Shown piece by piece: positions 40,623 through 50,484 of a stretch of 64,000 nt of DNA. The stretch's first letter is position 1; every line of letters begins with the position of its first letter. Made by a program: the position numbers and the translations under genes. The stretch is from positions 2,318 through 66,317 of IMG/VR virus record IMGVR_UViG_3300040801_002513; one strand, given 5' to 3'. A model generated the notes under the pieces. It had not been told where the DNA came from and searched no databases. It was given only the letters and a program-made list of their open reading frames with translations. The stretch comes from a virus.

Positions 40623-40925
40623 ATGAAATCTACCTACGTATCAGCATCACAAATTCATTGGGGCCACGACCTGTTTCAACTAGAGCCTGTTAGTTTCAAC
40701 GAGGCTCTCGAGGACTACTATGAATCCATGAAGGGTCAGAGGATCAGGGCAAAGGCGTACCGCTTCAACGGTACTGGCCTTGCTGAGAAGTTAAATGAGT
40801 ACTACCCAGAGGAGTTCAGAAGGACCTCTGCAGGTCTGTTACTGGCCTTCGTATATAAAGGCATCCCTATGGATGTCACTGTAGACGGTAGAGGCCAGTA
40901 CTTCAGGCTTTGCGAGGATTATTAA
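40623..40925 (+). CDS. Hypothetical cassette protein
   Basis: Start reassigned to the ATG after GGAG (MKSTYVSASQ). Confidence 0.7.
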   Translation: MKSTYVSASQIHWGHDLFQLEPVSFNEALEDYYESMKGQRIRAKAYRFNGTGLAEKLNEYYPEEFRRTSAGLLLAFVYKGIPMDVTVDGRGQYFRLCEDY

Positions 40926-40931
40926 CCTTTC

Positions 40932-40973
40932 CTGTACCGCTGCCCTTCGGGGTAGTGGTACAGCTTTTTGAAG
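40932..40973 (+). terminator. Representative cassette element: terminator-like hairpin (cUUCGg loop, G-U pairs, CTTTTT) fused to the putative promoter motif
   Basis: CTGTACCGCTGCCC-TTCG-GGGTAGTGGTACAG-CTTTTTGAAG; identical copies at 41365 and 43143. Confidence 0.8.
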
Positions 40974-41024
40974 GAGCAACGGCCATGTGGGTCACCGCTC
41001 CATAACTCCAATCAGGAGATTGTT

Positions 41025-41357
41025 ATGAAAATCGAAATAGTTCAGTCCATTCATGGTATCGACGTTGTTAGCGTAGATGGTGTTAAGTCTTCCAAAGCTG
41101 TAGCCGAGATAGTTCTAGAGGCCGTCAGCCGTATAGAGACAGTTAGAGAGCACGAGGCTAACATAGCGCCACTTACACCCGAGGAGCAGTACGACCCATG
41201 TCAAGGCTGTAATGGCCTTGGCTGTGAGGCCATGTGTGCTGCTGAAGGTGGCGTTCCTGGCTCAGATATGGCCTGGGGCCCTGAAGACGGCAACTGCTGC
41301 CCATGCGGTGGTACCAGCTGTGACGGTACCTGTGGTAACAACAGGCCTCCGTTCTAA
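41025..41357 (+). CDS. Hypothetical protein with Cys/Gly-rich C-terminus
   Basis: ATG after AGGAG; CQGCNGLGC...CCPCGGTSCDGTC. Confidence 0.7.
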   Translation: MKIEIVQSIHGIDVVSVDGVKSSKAVAEIVLEAVSRIETVREHEANIAPLTPEEQYDPCQGCNGLGCEAMCAAEGGVPGSDMAWGPEDGNCCPCGGTSCDGTCGNNRPPF

Positions 41358-41457
41358 GCCTACACTGTACCGCTGCCCTTCGGGGTAGTGGTACAGCTTT
41401 TTGAAGAGGCAACGCCCATTCGGGGCACCGCCTCACCTTCCTACTAAGGAGATCATC

Positions 41458-41712
41458 ATGGCAAATACACAAAGCGACCTTTTTTCCTATTTCTCTGACC
41501 TCTACAAAGAGGTTAATGGCTCTCGCCCTTACGGTGAGTTCTTCTCCAATCTGGATGATTGGGAGATTCAGGATTGGTGTATGCGGTTGGAGTGGCAGCT
41601 CCAAGAGGAGCAAGACCTCTGTGAATGGGCTGAGGCCCACATGGCAGAGGAGGTACGTTGGGACGCCATGCAAGCTGACCCGTCGCCCGACAAGTACGAG
41701 GCTTACTGTTAG
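41458..41712 (+). CDS. Small acidic hypothetical protein
   Basis: AAGGAG RBS; FSDLYKEVNGSRP. Confidence 0.7.
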   Translation: MANTQSDLFSYFSDLYKEVNGSRPYGEFFSNLDDWEIQDWCMRLEWQLQEEQDLCEWAEAHMAEEVRWDAMQADPSPDKYEAYC

Positions 41713-41852
41713 GCCTCACCTGTACTGCTGCCCTTCGGGGTAGTGGTACAGCTTTTTGAAGGAGATACGGCCCAATGCGCAATTCTGTGCATGGATGGGA
41801 GCTACACTGTCTCTATCACTCCACGGCCCCTCATAGGGCAAGGGAGAGCACC

Positions 41853-42155
41853 ATGGCAATATTATCCCTCATCGGTTGTTACCTCGTAGACGACGTTCTT
41901 GTTCCAGCTAAGGCTCAAGAGATAGGCAAAATCAGCTACTTTGTTGACACAGTAGATGATGTACCTAATGTGTCTATCGCAGTACGTAAGCGCCATCAGC
42001 TTACTACAGCCAAAGGCTCCTCTGAACCTGTATCTATAGGTATCCCTACCCGCAAGGGTACACTCTACGCCTATAGGCAGAACGGGTACTACATCGAAGT
42101 TCAGATGAAGAAAATGGTTGCCCATCTAACATTTCAAAAAGAGATGAAGAGGTAA
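41853..42155 (+). CDS. Hypothetical cassette protein
   Basis: GGGAG RBS; bounded by cassette elements. Confidence 0.65.
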   Translation: MAILSLIGCYLVDDVLVPAKAQEIGKISYFVDTVDDVPNVSIAVRKRHQLTTAKGSSEPVSIGIPTRKGTLYAYRQNGYYIEVQMKKMVAHLTFQKEMKR

Positions 42156-42258
42156 CTAATAGCTGTACCAGCTTCCATAGTGGTACAGCTTTTTGAAGGA
42201 GTCAGCAGCTTCGCTGGCTTCGCCCTAAATCCAGAGCCTACGGGCAAAGGAGCTTGTT

Positions 42259-42657
42259 ATGCTGAATATATACGTACGGCTGCCCTATAAAGGCTCCAGC
42301 CGGGTAGAAATGGAGCTGGTAGAATGTCATGGGGGGTTTAGATACTCCATGACATTTGACGTATACACCCAGGCATCACAGCTGTGTGAAATCAGCATCG
42401 CTGCGATGCCTAGAAAGAAGAGCTTCTTGGAATATTGCGAAGGGAGAAGTCCCTTCACAAACAAGGAGACAGCCAAGAGATCGCTGATCTTCTTCCAGGA
42501 GTGTCTGAATTTCTTGGAAGAAGAGTTTTCTGGTTGGATGGGGCATTGCAACCCATCTGATCCAAGGAGGCTTAGGATTTACTCCGCTTACCTCAGTAAA
42601 AGGGGTAAAGAAGGAATCAAAGTCAATGAGTATGGCACATTGACTTGGGAGCTGTAA
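42259..42657 (+). CDS. Hypothetical cassette protein
   Basis: AAGGAG RBS; DPRRLRIYSAYL. Confidence 0.7.
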   Translation: MLNIYVRLPYKGSSRVEMELVECHGGFRYSMTFDVYTQASQLCEISIAAMPRKKSFLEYCEGRSPFTNKETAKRSLIFFQECLNFLEEEFSGWMGHCNPSDPRRLRIYSAYLSKRGKEGIKVNEYGTLTWEL

Positions 42658-42794
42658 GCCTCACTGTACCACTGCCCAGGTTGGGTAGTGGTACAGCTTT
42701 TTGAAGGAGGTAAGGCCCGGCCTGCAATTCAGCAGGTGGTTGGGAGCTACACTGCCTCTTCAACTCCAACGCTTTCGGGCAAAGGAGAGATACC

Positions 42795-43136
42795 ATGGCA
42801 GATCTCAAACTCATCATCGCGGCTACAGCAGCTTTCCCAACAATCGAGTGGTCACATATCGACTGCTCAATGGGGGAAACGTTGGTAATCAGCCATCTGA
42901 TGCCGATGAAATCAGCTGCTGGCTGGTACCTGGGTAGGGCTTGTGTTGAGGTTGATGACCCTCACAGCCCAAATCACATAAACGTAGATTTTGGCTACGG
43001 GCCTTACTCCAGAGAAACGGGGTATTACCCAGATGAGGCCACTCTGCGTAAGGTACACGAGGCAGATATGTTACCTGTGAGAGATTGCGTAGAGAATAAC
43101 GCTCTCTACGACTCGGGTAGACTACCTAAGCCGTAA
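42795..43136 (+). CDS. Conserved hypothetical protein (SAAGWYLG...PYSRETGYY)
   Basis: RBS; motif resembles small proteins of phages/ICEs. Confidence 0.7.
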   Translation: MADLKLIIAATAAFPTIEWSHIDCSMGETLVISHLMPMKSAAGWYLGRACVEVDDPHSPNHINVDFGYGPYSRETGYYPDEATLRKVHEADMLPVRDCVENNALYDSGRLPKP

Positions 43137-43232
43137 ACCTAACTGTACCGCTGCCCTTCGGGGTAGTGGTACAGCTTTTTGAAGGCAGCGCCATATGGGC
43201 TACGCCATTAACCTTTTGTAAGGAGACTCACC

Positions 43233-43553
43233 ATGAAAACTATCATCCACGCAACATTTACAATAGTATGTATACTCATAATAGTATTGGCCACCTTGGT
43301 TATATCCAATATACTGTCTAAGCCTGCTACCGATACTGCTAAGGTTATTCATGATGAGCCTATGTCAGCTTATCACGATATCCTCTGTATAGAGGAAGAC
43401 GGCAGTGCTGAAACCTACAGCATCCCTGTTCCAGTATTCGAGGGATTCAGCGATGAGTTTGTAGAAGACTACCTTGAGTACGCAGGGCAGCAGTTCTGCG
43501 ATAGCATAAAAAACAAGAGCCGGTACCTTCACGATGTAGGTGAAGACCGATAA
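43233..43553 (+). CDS. Membrane-anchored hypothetical protein
   Basis: N-terminal TM segment. Confidence 0.7.
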   Translation: MKTIIHATFTIVCILIIVLATLVISNILSKPATDTAKVIHDEPMSAYHDILCIEEDGSAETYSIPVPVFEGFSDEFVEDYLEYAGQQFCDSIKNKSRYLHDVGEDR

Positions 43554-43656
43554 CCCATCTGTACCATTACTCCTGTGTGAGTAGTGGTACAGCTTTTTGA
43601 AGGCAATGCTCGTGTAGAAGCAGCGCCTCACTTTAACTCCAACTAAGGAGAATATC

Positions 43657-43923
43657 ATGAGAAATATAGACAAAGTAGAGTTGAAATGCGCGTTAGATGC
43701 AATTTTAACAAAAAATAGGGAGATGTATCGAGCTGCTTGGCAGGAGAGCACCTCAGACGAACTGAGGAAGCAGTACAGCTCATGGTGCAGAGCTAAAGAG
43801 GAAGAAATCGCCTCGACGTTAGAGGATTTTGCCATCTATACCGAAAGGGTTAGCCTCGGGGGGCTTACCCCTCAAGTATTAATTGAGGGCAAGTCGATGT
43901 ACCTAACAAAATTGTTTTATTAG
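43657..43923 (+). CDS. Hypothetical protein, paralog of 48182-48445
   Basis: MRNIDKVEL vs MRNTDKVEL, with near-identical flanks. Confidence 0.8.
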   Translation: MRNIDKVELKCALDAILTKNREMYRAAWQESTSDELRKQYSSWCRAKEEEIASTLEDFAIYTERVSLGGLTPQVLIEGKSMYLTKLFY

Positions 43924-44319
43924 TTGCCGGCAAGGCAATTTCCATAGCACATTCGCACCACACCTGGCTTAGGCTAGGTGTGGTGCTTTCTTTTTTAAAA
44001 GCGCCCTGGGACTTCGTAAAGGAGTTCTTGAGTAACACAGTAGACCAAATAGCAGTACAGCTTTTTGAAGTAATACCGCTTCAGTTTTGCCCCGACTAGA
44101 GGGGATTGCGAGGTACTCATGAAAGTACACACAGTTTTTACAGCGAAGAATAACCTCATCACCCAAATTGTCGCTGAGGGAAACCCTGGCGTGCTGACTC
44201 TCCTTTGTCCCCACATACGATTCATTTCTCAAACTTTAATCAAAAAACTACTGCAGATAGTGGTACAACTTTTTGAACGGGCACAGCCATAAGGCAAAGC
44301 CCACAATAGGAGATATACT

Positions 44320-44466
44320 ATGGAATGTGTTATATGCGGCAAAATCAACTGTGAAGAAAACCCTGGGTGTGAGGCAGCTAGCTCTCTGCTGGAGGACATC
44401 TACATGGATGAGTACTGTTGCTATACTTGCGGTCAAGAGTTTGATGACTGCACTTGCGAAGAATAA
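44320..44466 (+). CDS. 48-aa Cys-rich acidic miniprotein
   Basis: AGGAG RBS; MECVICGKINCEENPGCEAASSLLEDIYMDEYCCYTCGQEFDDCTCEE; fills a cassette exactly. Confidence 0.65.
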   Translation: MECVICGKINCEENPGCEAASSLLEDIYMDEYCCYTCGQEFDDCTCEE

Positions 44467-44568
44467 CCTTTACTGTACCATTGCCCAAGTTGGGTAGTGG
44501 TACAGTTTATTGAAGGAGCAATGCCCATATGGGGCGCCGCTCTATAACTCCATATAAGGAGATTTACC

Positions 44569-44871
44569 ATGACTAAGCTTACTCTTGACCCAGCCATCAT
44601 CGCCGCTTTCTCAGCTCACAGTATTGAGTTGGAACACCGCCCTGAGCTCAACGAGGGTCGCGGCCTATGGCAATACGATGACGGCCCTGACGGGGCAATC
44701 ATTGAATTGTGGGTTGGCATCAATGGTACCGGTAATGTAGGTGTATTCGGCACCTATGATGCTGGTGATTTTGGCCAACAGTACGGCCTGTCTAGCAACA
44801 TGTCAGATTGGATAGAGAACTTCGCTCAATATCTGCCATTCATGGCCAAAGGTGAAGAATTCGATTGGTAA
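44569..44871 (+). CDS. Acidic hypothetical cassette protein
   Basis: AAGGAG RBS; bounded by cassette elements. Confidence 0.7.
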   Translation: MTKLTLDPAIIAAFSAHSIELEHRPELNEGRGLWQYDDGPDGAIIELWVGINGTGNVGVFGTYDAGDFGQQYGLSSNMSDWIENFAQYLPFMAKGEEFDW

Positions 44872-44961
44872 CCCTTACGCTGTACCAGCTTCCTTAGTGG
44901 TACAGCTTTTTGAAGGCATAGCTCACAAAGAGCAGCGCCATAACTCCAATGGAGAGATATC

Positions 44962-45294
44962 ATGTCCAATACACAGATTTTTACAATAGCAGTAATGTCA
45001 GCAGCTAATGAAGTACGTGGTGCTGAAAAGAAAAGTGTTAAATACTTCTTAGGTGAACTGGTAGAAATTGGATGTTCATTCACCAGATGTACAGACACAT
45101 ATTGTATAAGACTTTCTAGCTTCTTCAATAGTGAGGAAGAGGTGCAAAAAACTGAACTTATACCCCATATCGTGGTTGAACAAGGGCCATTAGTAATAGG
45201 TAAGGGTATTAAGTACTACCCATCAAAGAGCTGTATATCGCCTATCAACCAATGGGCCTTAGAAAAAAGGTTCAACAAGCGTATAAAGAAATAA
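44962..45294 (+). CDS. Hypothetical cassette protein
   Basis: GGAG RBS; bounded by cassette elements. Confidence 0.7.
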   Translation: MSNTQIFTIAVMSAANEVRGAEKKSVKYFLGELVEIGCSFTRCTDTYCIRLSSFFNSEEEVQKTELIPHIVVEQGPLVIGKGIKYYPSKSCISPINQWALEKRFNKRIKK

Positions 45295-45394
45295 CCCATT
45301 ACACTGTACCAGCTTCCATAGTGGTACAGGGTTTTGAAGGAGCTTACATATCGTTGGCTCTAAAATCCAACGCCTACGGGCAAAGGAGTCTGTT

Positions 45395-45889
45395 ATGATC
45401 ACCATTAAACTCACCGGCCACTTACACGTTGGTAGTGCTACTGAGACCTCTTCTGATTGTGGTAACTGTGACGGTGCACGTTGCGAGGAATGCCACAAGC
45501 GTTGGGTCTTCGAGGGTACTACCTACTACAGTTACGAGGCTGCTTTGGAAGCAGAGGCTAAAAGCCTTTCTGCTTGGCAGGACCTAGTACCTGGTGTAGA
45601 GATGCCTTCTGACCCACAATTCGCCCTCAATGCTGATGGAGAGTTAACAGCTCTCTGTTGGAGTTGGGAAGAGGGGGACCATCTGGTAGTTTGTAACCCA
45701 GATGCTCCAGCATACGAAGCAGTGTATGCTAAGGCCCTCAAAGCTACTGAGTTGTGGGTGAAATGTCCTTGTGTTGATAAAGCAGACCATTGCTACGCCA
45801 ATGACTGTAGTATCATGGGATGCAATGACACACGCTGTCAATATGAGGTAAAACACCGTGGGCGTAAGGAGCGCAAATGGTACATGTAG
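45395..45889 (+). CDS. Cys-rich hypothetical protein
   Basis: DCGNCDGARCEEC and CPC...HC...C...C...C. Confidence 0.7.
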   Translation: MITIKLTGHLHVGSATETSSDCGNCDGARCEECHKRWVFEGTTYYSYEAALEAEAKSLSAWQDLVPGVEMPSDPQFALNADGELTALCWSWEEGDHLVVCNPDAPAYEAVYAKALKATELWVKCPCVDKADHCYANDCSIMGCNDTRCQYEVKHRGRKERKWYM

Positions 45890-45982
45890 TACAAAGACAG
45901 GGCCAGCTTGTATAGTGGTCCTGTTTTTTGAAGGGCAAAGGCATAAGGCCACAGCCCATAACTCCAAATAAGGAGAATCACC

Positions 45983-46195
45983 ATGCGTAACCACAGCACC
46001 GATGTGCTGGCTAATAAAATCAATAGCGATTACGCTAATGCTGGTATTACACCAGAAGAACTTATTGAAGCTACTGAAGGCGCCTTTGATATCACTATCA
46101 GAGAAGACTACCTGGCCTTTCACATTGTAGAAGACAGCACCGTATATACTATATACATGTGGCGTAAAAACAACTACTGGAATGTGAAGGCATAA
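45983..46195 (+). CDS. Hypothetical protein
   Basis: AAGGAG RBS. Confidence 0.65.
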   Translation: MRNHSTDVLANKINSDYANAGITPEELIEATEGAFDITIREDYLAFHIVEDSTVYTIYMWRKNNYWNVKA

Positions 46196-46213
46196 CATTA
46201 AAGGAGATTAGTC

Positions 46214-46414
46214 ATGGCAAAACACACTGTTGTTAGCAAAGCTGTAGCAGAAAAGATTTGTAGTAATGAAGGCCTCATCCTTAGCGATGTTGTTAAAGAA
46301 GCACAGCTCCTTAAAAGCGGTGCTAAGCTTAAATATCGCAAGCCTAGGTATTACATAGCTGGTTACGCCGAATCAGGTATTGATGTAGAAACCACACTCT
46401 CGAATGTAGTATAA
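46214..46414 (+). CDS. Hypothetical protein
   Basis: AAGGAG RBS. Confidence 0.65.
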   Translation: MAKHTVVSKAVAEKICSNEGLILSDVVKEAQLLKSGAKLKYRKPRYYIAGYAESGIDVETTLSNVV

Positions 46415-46511
46415 TATCCACTGTACCACTGCCCAAGTTGGGTAGTGGTACATTGTTTTGAAGCAGCGCCATATGGGCAACGCTCACCCTAACCTCCAAT
46501 TGGAGATTGTT

Positions 46512-46799
46512 ATGAAAACAGTGCGCTTTTGTAATACCTGCAGCTCAACTGAGCTAACGAGAATGGAAGTAGATGGGTTCTTCTCCTCAACAGTATGTGT
46601 TACTTGCGGGAGTGCTGATATTGCCTCCCGTGAAGAGCCTGAATGGTTTGACCTATCTAACTGGTCAGACCTGCCAAAGGGCTTGACTATAAATTCTCAA
46701 GGGTTTGTGGAAGACCCTTGGGGTAATGAGCTATTCAAACTACGTAAAGGCGATACTGTCTATTCTGTGACAGACCGTCTTAACTCAGATATGGAATAG
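46512..46799 (+). CDS. Zn-ribbon hypothetical protein
   Basis: FCNTC...CVTCGS; ATG after GGAG. Confidence 0.65.
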   Translation: MKTVRFCNTCSSTELTRMEVDGFFSSTVCVTCGSADIASREEPEWFDLSNWSDLPKGLTINSQGFVEDPWGNELFKLRKGDTVYSVTDRLNSDME

Positions 46800-46899
46800 C
46801 CTCTTCTGTACCATTGTCTAGTTTAGGCAGTGGTACAGCTTTTTGAAGGAGCAGCGCCATATAGGCATCGCTCTATAACTCCAGCTAAGGAGAATCACA

Positions 46900-48072
46900 A
46901 TGTCTTTATCTACAATTGAAGTGGAAGGCGGCAAAGTTGTTGTCAAAATTGGAGAATCTGACCCTTATATTATTGACTATAGGCCTAAATTCTCCCTACT
47001 TGAGGTGGTAAGTAAGTTCTGCCCAGCAACTGTACGTTTGTTCGACAAACACAGCATGTACAAAGATGCTGGCGATATGCTTGGTGTATCTGTAAAAATG
47101 TTTACCAAGATGCTCAATGGTGCCATGCACAGAGCTTATATCGCACCACACTATGACCTTATAAAAAGATTTGGATACTTCAAAGGATTCCTTAATGGAG
47201 ACTTAGTACAAAAGGTAAGGATGAACCGTAAGTATATAGAGAACTTCATAGCAGATAACTGTAGCAATACAGCTGCTTTCGGCCTCTTATATGACAGCCC
47301 CAAAGAGGCTAAAACCAAACTTGGTAAAGGTTTGTGGAAAAAACTGTGTAATAATAGCGCTACAAGAAATGATAACATAGTTAAATTAGTTATCCTTTCT
47401 TGTCAGTATGAGACAGATGATATAGCATTTGCTCAAACCATACCATCTACACTATTACTGTTGAAAGACATCATGTTTCTCCACGATTTAAACAGCACAA
47501 TAATGCAGGACTTTGTAAAGAGTGTAAAAAAGCCGTTGTATAAGGTAGAAGAATCTCATATAACAAAGTTGCGTAGTACCTGGTATGACTGTAAAAGACT
47601 TATGGAAAATGAAGGTCTAGAGTTTAATCCTAACTGGAGTATCAAACGTGTCACAGAAGAACATGACGCTGCTATTACCAGAAACAATAGGAAAAAATAC
47701 TCAGATGAAGAGTTCGACTACTGCAACCAGCTGCCTAATACCGTAACTAAGGGCGATTTCACTGCGACCTTAGTTCGTACACCCCTCGCACTATACACAA
47801 TTGGTGTGAGAGAACACCACTGTGTTGCTATGTACAGTGGTTTGTGTAAATCTGGGCAATACATAGTGTATGAGATAACAGGCCTAACTACGGAAGTTAG
47901 TATACTAGGCTTTGGGGGTGATAACCACACTCAGCACTACCATGCGTGCAATGAGTTAGTAACCAATCCCAACCTTAAAGACTTCGGAATATACGTAGAA
48001 AAGCATATAAGGTCAGTATTCACCTTTAAAGAACTTAGTACCTTTTATGCCGGACCGGTTATAGACCTATAA
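46900..48072 (+). CDS. PcfJ-like domain protein
   Basis: C-terminal WSIKRVTEEHD...GVREHHCVAMY. Confidence 0.65.
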   Translation: MSLSTIEVEGGKVVVKIGESDPYIIDYRPKFSLLEVVSKFCPATVRLFDKHSMYKDAGDMLGVSVKMFTKMLNGAMHRAYIAPHYDLIKRFGYFKGFLNGDLVQKVRMNRKYIENFIADNCSNTAAFGLLYDSPKEAKTKLGKGLWKKLCNNSATRNDNIVKLVILSCQYETDDIAFAQTIPSTLLLLKDIMFLHDLNSTIMQDFVKSVKKPLYKVEESHITKLRSTWYDCKRLMENEGLEFNPNWSIKRVTEEHDAAITRNNRKKYSDEEFDYCNQLPNTVTKGDFTATLVRTPLALYTIGVREHHCVAMYSGLCKSGQYIVYEITGLTTEVSILGFGGDNHTQHYHACNELVTNPNLKDFGIYVEKHIRSVFTFKELSTFYAGPVIDL

Positions 48073-48181
48073 GCTGTTGAAAACTGTACCATTACTCCTG
48101 TGTGAGTAGTGGTACAGTTTTTTGAAGGCAATGCTCATGTAGAAGCAGCGCCTCACTTTAACTCCAGCTAAGGAAAATATC

Positions 48182-48445
48182 ATGAGAAATACAGACAAAG
48201 TAGAACTGCGCACAAAATTGGACTCAGTTTTAACTGAAAACAGAGACCGTTATATAGTCTCTTGGAAAAACAGCCCATCTGCCGCACTCAGACAGCAGTA
48301 CAGAAAGTGGTGCATAGCTCAGGAGAAGGAAGTTGCCTCTACCTTAGAAGAATTCGGTATTACTACCGATAGAGTTAGCCTCAGCGGACTTTACCCACAA
48401 GTATTAATTGCTGACAAGGCGATTTCCCTAGCACAATTGATGTAG
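48182..48445 (+). CDS. Hypothetical protein, paralog of 43657-43923
   Basis: Duplicated cassette. Confidence 0.8.
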   Translation: MRNTDKVELRTKLDSVLTENRDRYIVSWKNSPSAALRQQYRKWCIAQEKEVASTLEEFGITTDRVSLSGLYPQVLIADKAISLAQLM

Positions 48446-48843
48446 CACATTCGCACCACACCTGGCTTAGGCTAGGTGTGGTGCTATCTTTATTAAAAGC
48501 GCCCTGTATTTTCATATGTAAGTACAGGGTATTACAAAGGCTAACAGTACCAATTACCTTCACAGGTTATACGCTAGTGGTACAACCTCTTGAAGTTAAA
48601 CAATCAACTTAGGAGGTACAGGTGTTCCAGCTAAAAAACAACAACTCCGCAATTCTATTAACAACCTACAGCAGCACAAACACGGCTTTACGGGGGACGA
48701 GACCCTGCCGCCCATCAGCTCTTATGCCGTCTCATGCTTTTCATTTCTGCACTTAATAGTGGTACAACTTTTTGAAGGAGCACAATGGGTGCTTCGCAGT
48801 ACAATCACGGCCCACTTCCGGGCAAAGATTTAAGGAGAATACC

Positions 48844-49455
48844 ATGAATTTAGCTATCGTTATCGGAAACCTAGGTGAAACCCCAGTAGTTCGTAAAACT
48901 GCCGCTGGTATGTCAGTTACTACATTCTCTCTGGCCACCACTGAGCGTTGGAAAAAGGACGGGGTTAAGCAGGAGAAAACCACTTGGCACAAGATTCAGG
49001 CCTGGGGTACTAACGCAGATAATTGCGCCGCGTACCTGTCCAAAGGATCAAAGCTGCAGGTCACTGGCCGTATGGAAATCCAGCCTTGGACTGACCAGCA
49101 AGGTATTAAGAGAAATCCCACCATCATCGTGATGAGTGAGATGGAGATGTTAGGCGATCCTGGACATAGGAACGAGTCTAACAATAGTACTCCTGCTCAA
49201 AATACTGCGACAACCAACTCTGCTTGTAAATTCACCTATAAGCAGATGAAAGACGGTGGTTGGACCGATGAGCAACTACTGGCTGACCCCCAGTATGCGC
49301 ACTTGGTACCGAAGAAAGCCGCACCTCCTGCCCCACCAAAACCTCCTGTGGCGCAAAACAATCCGCCATCTCCACCCACACCTATATCTGTGGCACCTCC
49401 TCAGGGTTGTGCCAGTTCTCAGGGTTTCGTGCCTGACGAGGACTATGGAGTGTAA
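48844..49455 (+). CDS. ssb: Single-stranded DNA-binding protein with Pro-rich tail
   Basis: MNLAIVIGNLGETP...FSLAT...TTWHKIQAWG..A...YLSKGSKLQVTGR. Confidence 0.9.
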   Translation: MNLAIVIGNLGETPVVRKTAAGMSVTTFSLATTERWKKDGVKQEKTTWHKIQAWGTNADNCAAYLSKGSKLQVTGRMEIQPWTDQQGIKRNPTIIVMSEMEMLGDPGHRNESNNSTPAQNTATTNSACKFTYKQMKDGGWTDEQLLADPQYAHLVPKKAAPPAPPKPPVAQNNPPSPPTPISVAPPQGCASSQGFVPDEDYGV

Positions 49456-49553
49456 CATTAACTCAGTACCCGCTTGTATAGGGGTACTGATTTTTTGAAG
49501 TCAACTGTAGTATTACTCAAATCAAAGCCTAATAAAGGGCAAAGGAGATTACA

Positions 49554-50126
49554 ATGCATTATGACATCAAAAATCATTCTATCGTAGTTAGCACATTCGA
49601 AGGTAAAATAGTGACCTTAGATCTGCATCACTACAATGAGATCAAACTCAGTTATGACAAAAAAGTTGGTAAAGTTATTATGGATTTAGTGGAACCTGTA
49701 AAATCTAGGTTCATTATGGATATGTATCCAGAAGTTCCTAAGAAAGAAGTACCTGTAATGCCTACAGCTAAAACTGTAAAAGAACCTACAACTGGTGAAC
49801 GTTGTAAAATAATGCCACAACCAACTAAAAAAAGAACAATCAGTAGACGTGCTACTACTACATATTCTAAACCGATGAAGAAAATGTCGGTACAAAGTAT
49901 AAGTACACTATACCTACTGTACAAAAAAGGAGAACCTGTACAAAAACTATCCAGAAAATACGATATAAAAGTAAACACAATATACAGTTGGGTATCCACT
50001 ATAACTCGTGTACTATCTGGAGCACCTGTAGAAAAAGTGCATAAAAAACTGCAGCAAACAGCGGTCTATATAAAAAGCCAGGGGCTATCTGAAGGGTGTA
50101 CGGTGAAACACTCCCAGGCCGCCTAA
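49554..50126 (+). CDS. HTH DNA-binding protein
   Basis: KGEPVQKLSRKYDIKVNTIYSWV. Confidence 0.6.
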   Translation: MHYDIKNHSIVVSTFEGKIVTLDLHHYNEIKLSYDKKVGKVIMDLVEPVKSRFIMDMYPEVPKKEVPVMPTAKTVKEPTTGERCKIMPQPTKKRTISRRATTTYSKPMKKMSVQSISTLYLLYKKGEPVQKLSRKYDIKVNTIYSWVSTITRVLSGAPVEKVHKKLQQTAVYIKSQGLSEGCTVKHSQAA

Positions 50127-50223
50127 ACAAATACAGTACCATTGCACTTCGGTGTAGTGGTACTGTTTTTTGAAGCAATGCTGCTTTACAATTCAGCGCT
50201 CATTTTGAGCAAAGGAGAACACA

Positions 50224-50484
50224 ATGTCAAAACTCATTAACTTTACCTGCGAAGAATGTGAGAAAACAGGACTAACAGAAGCTGATGGACTTGAAATGGA
50301 GTCAGGTTTTGTATGCACCGATTGCCTGTACGCCACTTCTACACCGGTTACAGAAGACTATTTGGAAGACCCCACACAAGAGGGCCATGATACTGAATCT
50401 AGAGTATCGTATACAGTACTTACAACGATAGTAACTGTGCTCATGTACTTCAGCACTTTAATCATTAAACATTGGAGAAAATAA
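50224..50484 (+). CDS. Zn-finger + C-terminal TM small protein
   Basis: CEEC...CTDC; hydrophobic C-terminus. Confidence 0.6.
   Translation: MSKLINFTCEECEKTGLTEADGLEMESGFVCTDCLYATSTPVTEDYLEDPTQEGHDTESRVSYTVLTTIVTVLMYFSTLIIKHWRK

Noticed and set aside
40953-40973. Canonical sigma54 promoter
   Set aside because: Spacing is GG-N11-GA rather than the strict GG-N10-GC.
40932-50166. CRISPR array interpretation of the palindromic repeats
   Set aside because: Intervals are 200-1300 nt and contain genes with RBSs; no cas genes in the window.
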